Source: Thermoanaerobaculaceae bacterium
Lineage (GTDB): Bacteria > Acidobacteriota > Thermoanaerobaculia > Thermoanaerobaculales > Thermoanaerobaculaceae
Direction of reading: 5' to 3'
Assembly: GCA_035517415.1 (NCBI GenBank)
Contig: DATIYW010000113.1
Location: 1 to 11,082 of the forward strand
DNA length: 11,082 bases
The notes below the pieces were generated by a model that saw nothing but the letters and a program-made list of their open reading frames with translations, searched no databases and was not told where the DNA came from. Made by a program: the position numbers and the translations under genes. Positions 5,838 to 11,082 of the stretch are shown here, in pieces; within the stretch, counting starts at the first letter, position 1, and each line of letters starts with the position of its first letter.

Positions 5838-6326
5838 ATGGAAGCTGCCGTCGACACTGCGCGCGAGCTGCTGCGGCACACCCTGGCGACGCTTGCCTAC
5901 CGCGGCGGGAAGGCGGTGCGCGGCGCGCCGCCGGAGTTCGCCGCGACCCGGTTCGGCCAGGGCAGCCGGACGCCCGGCGAGATCCTGGCGCACGTCGGCG
6001 ACCTGCTCGACTGGTCGCTGTGGCTGGCGCGGGGCAAGCACGTCTGGCACGACTCGCCGCCGCAGGGCTGGGACCTCGACACGGCGCGCTTCTTCGCCGC
6101 CGCGGGCGCCCTCGACGCGCTGCTCGCCTCGAGCGTGCCGCTGGGGTGCCCGATCGAGCGGCTGTTCCAGGGTCCGATCGCCGACGCGCTCACCCACGTC
6201 GGCCAGATCGCGATGCTGCGGCGCATGGCGGGGGCGCCGATCCGCGGCGAGAACTACTTCAAGGCGGAGATCCACGCTGGCCGCGTGGGCGCCGAACAGG
6301 CCGCGCCGGTGCGCGAGTTCGACTGA
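5838..6326 (+). CDS. DinB/YfiT-like (DinB_2 superfamily) putative metal-dependent enzyme
   Basis: ATG at 5838 is preceded by GGGAGGGGAC. The protein has the DinB-like layout: LLRHTLATLAYR…, a His-containing ILAHVGDLLDW, and C-terminal ALTHVGQIAMLRR, which resembles the H..HRGQ…LR motif. The track ORF starts 15 codons earlier without an SD. Confidence 0.6.
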   Translation: MEAAVDTARELLRHTLATLAYRGGKAVRGAPPEFAATRFGQGSRTPGEILAHVGDLLDWSLWLARGKHVWHDSPPQGWDLDTARFFAAAGALDALLASSVPLGCPIERLFQGPIADALTHVGQIAMLRRMAGAPIRGENYFKAEIHAGRVGAEQAAPVREFD

Positions 6327-6351
6327 GTCGGACGCGCGCAGCTGCACCGCT

Positions 6352-6378
6352 CCGGCGACTCCAGCGCGACCTCGCCGG
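6352..6378. terminator. Candidate bidirectional terminator hairpin between convergent genes
   Basis: CCGGCGA (6352-6358) and TCGCCGG (6372-6378) form a 7-bp GC stem with a 13-nt loop. It lies between the DinB-like stop at 6326 and the reductase-like stop at 6397. There is no U-tract, which is common in high-GC genomes. Confidence 0.25.
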
Positions 6379-6396
6379 CGAACGGGCTCGGATGAG

Positions 6397-7050
6397 CTAC
6401 TTCCGCAGCAGCTTGAACGCGTGGTCCCAGCTGTTGGTGCGGATGCCGTAGAGCACCCACAGGATGCACATCGGCTCCAGAAGCCTCGCGCCCTCGATGC
6501 CACCGAGGTCGATGGTCGGCCAGCCGAACTCCTTGAGGATGGTCGTCACCACCGCCTTGGCGTCCGCGTCGTTGCCGGCGATGAGCATGTCGGGCGGGCC
6601 GCCCGGAAAGCTCGGGTTCACCATGTGCGCGAACCCGACGGTGTTGAACGCCTTCACCACCCGCGACTCGGGCAGCCAGCGCTGCACCTGCTCGCCGCCC
6701 GAGTCGTTGTGGCCGAGCGCCAGCGCGGGCGGCGCGTTGGGCGCGAACACGAGGGGGTTGGTGGCGTCGATCACGACCTTGCCGGCGAGGTGCTTCGGGT
6801 TGGCGAGACGGATCGCGCTCTCGGTCCCGCTCCACAGCGTCGCCAGCACCACCACCTCGCCGAACTTCGCGGTCTCCGCGAACGTGCCGGCGGTGGCGCC
6901 GTGGCCGACCTTCGCCAGCATCGCCGTGACCTTCTCGCTGCCGGGCTCGCGCGAGCCGACCTTGACCTCGTGACCGTGCTTCGCGAATCCGGTCGCCAGC
7001 GACCGCCCGACGTCGCCCGTGCCCAGGATCCCAATCCGCGATTTGGCCAT
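6397..7050 (-). CDS. NADP oxidoreductase, coenzyme F420-dependent family (NADPH-dependent F420 reductase-like / dinucleotide-binding) protein
   Basis: MAKSRIGILGTGDVGRSLATGFAKHGHEV is a Rossmann GxGxxG N-terminus typical of the F420_oxidored / ProC-like family. ATG at 7050 has GGAGG 6 nt upstream. The track uses a TTG two codons earlier. Confidence 0.7.
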   Translation of the reverse strand: MAKSRIGILGTGDVGRSLATGFAKHGHEVKVGSREPGSEKVTAMLAKVGHGATAGTFAETAKFGEVVVLATLWSGTESAIRLANPKHLAGKVVIDATNPLVFAPNAPPALALGHNDSGGEQVQRWLPESRVVKAFNTVGFAHMVNPSFPGGPPDMLIAGNDADAKAVVTTILKEFGWPTIDLGGIEGARLLEPMCILWVLYGIRTNSWDHAFKLLRK

Positions 7051-7146
7051 CGTCAACCTCCGGACGGGAGAACACCCGGCGCCGCCGCCAATTTCCCGAT
7101 CCGAGAGCCCAGCGATGGGCCGGATTCGTCGCGATGACGCGCGAGC

Positions 7147-7163
7147 GTGGCGGAGGGGAGGAG
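7147..7163. repeat. Direct repeat of the tRNA-Ser 3' end (18-bp identity CGTGGCGGAGGGGAGGAG at 7146-7163 and 7187-7204)
   Basis: Exact match, read directly. The repeated segment covers CCA, the discriminator, the acceptor 3' strand and the start of the T-stem. The copies are 41 bp apart. Confidence 0.7.
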
Positions 7164-7188
7164 CCTGCGGGGCGATGCGGCGCCGCCG

Positions 7189-7276
7189 TGGCGGAGGGGA
7201 GGAGGTTCGAACTCCTGAGGGCTTGCACCCTGCCAGTTTTCAAGACTGGTGCCTTCGACCGCTCGGCCACCCCTCC
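7189..7276 (-). tRNA. tRNA-Ser (anticodon UGA), class II with long variable arm, encoded CCA
   Basis: Reverse complement: GGAGGGGTGGCCGAGCGGTCGAAGGCACCAGTCTTGAAAACTGGCAGGGTGCAAGCCCTCAGGAGTTCGAACCTCCTCCCCTCCGCCA. The acceptor is 7 bp (GGAGGGG/CCCCTCC) with discriminator G. It has a 3-bp D-stem with a long D-loop, and an anticodon stem CCAGT/ACTGG around loop CTTGAAA (anticodon TGA). There is a long variable arm and a T-loop TTCGAAC. It is very similar to E. coli tRNA-Ser(UGA). Confidence 0.93.
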
Positions 7277-7443
7277 GCAGGCGCGGGCAGCATAGGTCCG
7301 CCACGGAGCAAGCTCAAGCCGGACGGCGTGGGACCGAATGGGGCTCAACCGGGGCGACGCCCCCGCGGGCGCGAGTGGCTCTGCCGGGAGAGATCGTGCC
7401 TCGCCAATCCGGACCGCAGCGGCCGCGGCTGAGCCGCTCCGAG

Positions 7444-7851
7444 CTAGCCCTCCGACTCGGCGATCAGGCGCTTCGCGAAGGCCGCCTGGCTCTCCGGTAC
7501 GAGCAACCGCGTGCACGTGGCCCAGTCCGTCTGACCGTCGAAGTCGCGGCCGTCGTCGAGGAACTCGATCACGACGACGCCGTTCGCCGCGAGCAGCGCG
7601 AGCGCCGGCCCGGCGTCGTCGCGGCTGTCGAACGCCGCCACCGCCACGACCTGCTCGGCGACCGGCGGCACCTGCTCCGTCTCCGGCGCCGCGTCGAGCT
7701 GGATCTCAGCGCGTGATGCGGCCGACTGCACAGCGGCCACCTCCTCGACCAGCGTTGCGCCGCAGATCGGGCAGACCGTCACGCCGTCGACGTATTCGCC
7801 GTGGATGCGGCTCTCGACGAAATCCGGGCACTCGCGGTTCGGGCAGAACAC
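7444..7851 (-). CDS. Zinc-ribbon + DUF2007-like small protein
   Basis: GTG at 7851 is preceded by GAGGAGG with a 5-nt spacer. The N-terminus has a Cys4 ribbon (CPNRECPDF…CPICG). The C-terminus (VAVAAFDSRDDAGPALALLAANGVVVIEFLDD…CTRLLVPESQAAFAKRLI) resembles DUF2007, the putative signal-transducing fold. It lies 50 bp downstream of the flotillin-like gene on the same strand. Confidence 0.6.
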   Translation of the reverse strand: MFCPNRECPDFVESRIHGEYVDGVTVCPICGATLVEEVAAVQSAASRAEIQLDAAPETEQVPPVAEQVVAVAAFDSRDDAGPALALLAANGVVVIEFLDDGRDFDGQTDWATCTRLLVPESQAAFAKRLIAESEG

Positions 7852-7900
7852 CGGCGCCTCCTCGTGTCGATCTCGGGTGGCATCTGACCGCTCGACTCGC

Positions 7901-10030
7901 TCACGTCGCGTCGATCTCGCGCTCGGCCGAGTCGTCGATCGACTCGGGCGTGGCGCCCTGATCCGGGTCCTCCGCGCGGGCGAAGCGCCGCGCCAGCTCG
8001 GCGGCGAACCTCTCGAGGTCCTCGAGCCCCTTCGGCGCGTCGGTGGGGCTCAGTCCGGTCCTCTCCGCCAAGAGGATCGCGATCAGCTGCGTGAACACGT
8101 TCGCCACGCCCGGCCCGCCGCCCTCGGCGCCGCCTCCCATCGTGAACAGCCGCTCCGGCACGATCGGCTGGGCGCTGTGGGCGAACTGGTCGGCGACGAG
8201 CGAGAGCGCGAACAGGCGCGGGTCGCCGTAGGCGCGGATCTTCTGCAGGAATACCGCCGCCTCCGACAGGCCGGTCTGCGCGATCCTGGCGCCCTCGCCC
8301 TTGCCGAACAGCTCCTTCGAGCGCGCCTCGCCGAGCGCGCGGACGACGTCGCGCTTGGCCAGCCGCCGCGCCTCGGCCAGCTGCGCCTCGCCGCGGTTGC
8401 CGGAGATCGCCACGTCGACCTGGGTCTGCGTCAGCTCGGTCTGCTTGTCGGCCGAGGCGCGCGCGTCGTTCAGCTCGCGGAGCTGCTTGGCCGCCTCCTC
8501 CTGCTTGGCGAAGGTCTGCTTCTGCTCCTCGGCGAGCCGGCGGGCGCGGAGCTGGTCGAAGAGCAGCTCGATCGGGTCCTGCTGGCCCTCGGGGACGCGC
8601 GACTCCGGGCGTCCGATCAGCACCGCGATGCAGTTGATGTCGTACTCCTGGAAGCGCCGCCCGAGCTCCTCGGTGGCGCGCTTCTGGATGTCCTCGCGCT
8701 TGGTCAGCAGGTCGAGCATGTGCGAGCTCTGCGCCACGTCGCGGAAGTACGACGAGAGGATCGGGTCGAGCGTCTGCGAGATCAGCCGGCGCACGTCGCC
8801 GAAGCGCTGGATCACCGACGGCGCCTTCTCGTAGTCGATGTGGAGCACGAGGGAGAGCGGCAGCACCGGCTCGTAGCCGTCCGCGGTGATCAGGTCGATG
8901 CTGGTGAGGTCCTTGTCGTACTGGTGCTCCTCGGCCTGGCCGGTGATCCAGCGCAGCACGAAGTTCACGGTCGGAACCAGCTCGACCTTGAGCGCGTAGG
9001 GGTTCAACGGGTACTTGCCGGGGGCGAGCGCGCGCTTCCACACGCCGCGCTGGCCGGCCTCGACCTGCTCGCCGTAACGGAACCCGGTGCCGGTGACGTC
9101 GGCGCCGCGCCCGCCGAAGTACGACACCACCACGCCGACGTAGCCGATCGGGATGAGCGTCTTGGGATTCATCTCGACGGTGGCGAACCAGCGGTTGAGG
9201 AAGAACGTGCCGTCGGTGAGCACCTGGAGCTGCTTGCCGCGGCGTCCGCCGAGCGCGAGGAACGCCTCGGGGTCCTGGAAGTAGTTGTGGTCCGTCTCGC
9301 CGTGGGCCGGCTTGACCTCGGGGGCGATGATCTCGGAGGTCTCGATCGGCGGCCCGTCCTGCACCGTCACCACGCCGATCGTGTCGGTCGCGGTGATGCG
9401 GATGTCGGCGCCGCCGACCGCGCGGTCCGCGCCCGCCGCCGCCTCGCGGCCGCCGTGGCCGACGATCACCGGCGTGAAGCCGCCGATCGCGCGGAGCTGG
9501 CTCTGCCACTCCGCGTACTTCGCCCCGTGCTCCTGGATCGGGCCGGAGTACACGCGCTCCTCGGTGATGACGACGAACTGCGCCAGGTTCACGGCGAAAA
9601 CGCCTTCACGGAGGATCGCGCGCTGGCGGCCGCGCTGGCCGCCCTTGGTCAGGAAGCCGCGCGCGTCCTGGAAGTGGTTGCCGTCGGCGATCCGTCCGAG
9701 CGTCTGGGTCGGCGGCAGGGGAGAGCCGTCGCGGGCGTAGACGTAGCCGATCCGGCTCTCCGCGATCATTACGAGCGGCTCCCGGTGGACGCGGTACTGC
9801 CAGGGGAAGTAGCCGAAGTGCAGGCCGCCGCGGAGGATCTCGGCCTGGAACCCGGCCTCGCCGTCGAGCGCAATGATCTTGCCGGACTTGAGCGAGCCCT
9901 TCGCCGACCAGTACTTCTCGATGATGCCGACCTTGTTGTGCGGGATGTAGCGGAGCCCGAGCAGCCACTTGAGCAGAATCAAGCCGACGACCACGCCGAT
10001 CGGGACGTACGCGATAGGGGGTATGGGCAT
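7901..10030 (-). CDS. Flotillin-like SPFH/Band-7 domain membrane protein (large, ~709 aa)
   Basis: ATG at 10030 (MPIPPIAYVPIGVVVGLILLKWLLGL, an N-terminal TM helix) is preceded by AGGAGG. An SPFH-like core runs …SIDLITADGYEPVLPLSLVLHI…LDPILSSYFRDVAQ…DINCIAVLIGRPE. The C-terminus is Glu/Ala/Gln-rich and coiled-coil, typical of flotillins. The upstream part of the track ORF (to 10441) is low-complexity and overlaps the divergent promoter, so it is rejected. Confidence 0.65.
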   Translation of the reverse strand: MPIPPIAYVPIGVVVGLILLKWLLGLRYIPHNKVGIIEKYWSAKGSLKSGKIIALDGEAGFQAEILRGGLHFGYFPWQYRVHREPLVMIAESRIGYVYARDGSPLPPTQTLGRIADGNHFQDARGFLTKGGQRGRQRAILREGVFAVNLAQFVVITEERVYSGPIQEHGAKYAEWQSQLRAIGGFTPVIVGHGGREAAAGADRAVGGADIRITATDTIGVVTVQDGPPIETSEIIAPEVKPAHGETDHNYFQDPEAFLALGGRRGKQLQVLTDGTFFLNRWFATVEMNPKTLIPIGYVGVVVSYFGGRGADVTGTGFRYGEQVEAGQRGVWKRALAPGKYPLNPYALKVELVPTVNFVLRWITGQAEEHQYDKDLTSIDLITADGYEPVLPLSLVLHIDYEKAPSVIQRFGDVRRLISQTLDPILSSYFRDVAQSSHMLDLLTKREDIQKRATEELGRRFQEYDINCIAVLIGRPESRVPEGQQDPIELLFDQLRARRLAEEQKQTFAKQEEAAKQLRELNDARASADKQTELTQTQVDVAISGNRGEAQLAEARRLAKRDVVRALGEARSKELFGKGEGARIAQTGLSEAAVFLQKIRAYGDPRLFALSLVADQFAHSAQPIVPERLFTMGGGAEGGGPGVANVFTQLIAILLAERTGLSPTDAPKGLEDLERFAAELARRFARAEDPDQGATPESIDDSAEREIDAT

Positions 10031-10127
10031 GATGCCTCCTGAGAAAACACCGTTGCTGATGGCGATTCTACTCCCTCCGCCGCGAGGCGCGGCGCGCGCG
10101 TCCCGCCCTGCACTACACTGCGCCCCC

Positions 10128-11045
10128 ATGACCGTGCTCGCCGGGCTCGTCCCGGTCTTCCTGCTGCTGGTTGTCGGCGTCGTCGCCCGGCGCTTCGGCG
10201 TGCTCGACGATCCGGCCGCGAATGGACTGAATCGGCTGGTCACCAACGTCGCCCTGCCGGCGCTGTTCATCTCGACCGTCGGCACCGCGCCGCTCGAGTC
10301 GGCGTTTTCGCCGCCGGTGATCCTGGCGACTTCGCTCGCGTCGGTGGCGATCGCGGCCGCGGCGCTGCTCGTCGCGCGCTCGTGGCGGCTGCCGGCGAAC
10401 CAGCGCGGCGTGATGGCGCAGGCGTCGCAGCGCGGCAACATCGTCTACTTCACTTTCCCGATCATCCTTGCGATGTACGGTCAGAGCGGGCTGCAGCTGG
10501 CGGCGGTGACCTCGACGCTGCTGATCCCGGTGATGAACCTGCTCGCGGTCGGATCGCTCGAGCTGCACCGTGCGCCGTCGAAGGGCAAGGCACACTTCCT
10601 CGTCCGAGTCGTCGCCAACCCGTTGGTGTCGAGCGCGCTGCTCGGCCTGGCGCTGGCGGCGGTCCACTGGCGCCCGTGGGCGTGGCTCGACAACGGGCTC
10701 AAGATCCTCGCGGGGCTGGCGTTCCCCGGGGCGCTGCTCGCGCTCGGGGCGCAGCTCGAGGTGGGGAAGTGGCGCGCCTACGCCCGCCAGCTCGGCGCGG
10801 TCGGCGCGCTCAAGCTGGCGGCGATGCCGGCGCTCGGCTGGTGGCTGCTGATTCTGCTCCACGCCTCGCGCCGCGACACCGCGATCGGCGTGCTGCTCCT
10901 CGCGTCGCCGACCGCGGTGGCGAGCCACTCGGTGGCGGCGGACCTCGGCGGCGACATCGAGCTCGCCTCCGCCTGCGTGCTCGTCACGACGATCGCGTCC
11001 GTGGTCACCTACGCCGCCTGGAGCCTGCTGCTCGGCACCCGCTGA
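10128..11045 (+). CDS. AEC (auxin efflux carrier) family transporter / malate-permease-like
   Basis: The N-terminus MTVLAGLVPVFLLLVVGVVARRFGVLDD…LVTNVALPALF is typical of AEC-family permeases. It is multi-TM throughout. ATG at 10128 has no obvious SD. The upstream part of the track ORF (from 9969) overlaps the flotillin-like start and promoter. Confidence 0.7.
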   Translation: MTVLAGLVPVFLLLVVGVVARRFGVLDDPAANGLNRLVTNVALPALFISTVGTAPLESAFSPPVILATSLASVAIAAAALLVARSWRLPANQRGVMAQASQRGNIVYFTFPIILAMYGQSGLQLAAVTSTLLIPVMNLLAVGSLELHRAPSKGKAHFLVRVVANPLVSSALLGLALAAVHWRPWAWLDNGLKILAGLAFPGALLALGAQLEVGKWRAYARQLGAVGALKLAAMPALGWWLLILLHASRRDTAIGVLLLASPTAVASHSVAADLGGDIELASACVLVTTIASVVTYAAWSLLLGTR

Positions 11046-11070
11046 CGCCGGCGTCGGTGTCCCGTAGAAT
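11043..11070 (+). promoter_or_regulatory. Candidate sigma70-like promoter pointing out of the right edge
   Basis: TGACGC (11043-11048), a 16-nt spacer, then TAGAAT (11065-11070). Pattern only; the downstream gene is not in the window. Confidence 0.25.
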
Positions 11071-11082
11071 GGCCTCGTGTCC

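Noticed and set aside
7146-7204. 18-bp tRNA-Ser repeat as the two ends of an integrated island
   Set aside because: The copies are only 41 bp apart, so no element lies between them. No integrase is adjacent. It is interpreted only as a scar or hotspot marker.
5814-7516. Long overlapping ORFs 5814-6503(-), 5893-7137(+), 6254-7516(-), 7019-7432(+), 7249-7961(+)
   Set aside because: They span or run antisense to the DinB-like gene, the reductase-like gene and the tRNA-Ser. They are R/A/G/P-rich artefacts, and the tRNA region cannot be protein-coding.
7779-10042. 576-aa (-) and 745-aa (+) ORFs overlapping the flotillin-like gene
   Set aside because: They lie in alternate or antisense frames of a gene with SPFH and coiled-coil signatures, and have extreme Arg/Gly/Asp/Ala composition.
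10052-10127. Possible -35/-10 elements (TTGCTG…TACACT) in the flotillin/AEC divergent region
   Set aside because: The spacing does not fit a canonical sigma70 promoter on inspection. It is too speculative to call.
10031-10441. N-terminal 137 codons of the 846-aa track ORF
   Set aside because: This stretch is low-complexity (AAPRGGGS…) and runs through the divergent promoter and the start of the AEC permease gene. A strong AGGAGG-ATG at 10030 gives the TM-helix N-terminus expected of flotillins.

Overview
High-GC bacterial chromosomal segment; most real genes are about 70% GC or more, estimated by eye. The accessory signal is in the first ~830 bp, which looks like the distal end of an integron-type gene-cassette array. 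Two ~90-100 bp imperfect direct repeats with attC-like architecture flank a clearly lower-GC VOC/glyoxalase-family ORF (an RYYYAAC inverse core, imperfectly palindromic arms and a GTTRRRY core in copy 1). A lower-GC open frame at the window's left edge terminates just before the first repeat, as an upstream cassette would. No integrase or attI is in the window; they would lie to the left. The rest is chromosomal backbone: a secreted ankyrin-repeat protein (-), an NAD(P)-malic enzyme (-), and a divergently transcribed five-gene cluster on the + strand (DUF1697 / SRPBCC / small membrane protein / pyrimidine-dimer-glycosylase-like / DinB-like). A 14-bp perfect palindrome sits in the shared promoter region of the malic enzyme gene and that cluster. 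Further right are an F420-dependent NADP-oxidoreductase-family protein (-), a tRNA-Ser(UGA) (-) whose last 18 bp are exactly duplicated 41 bp downstream, a zinc-ribbon/DUF2007 protein (-), a large flotillin-like SPFH protein (-) and an AEC-family permease (+). Many long ORFs in the six-frame track are antisense or alternate-frame artefacts typical of high-GC DNA (Arg/Ala/Gly/Pro-rich, no domain signal) and are rejected.
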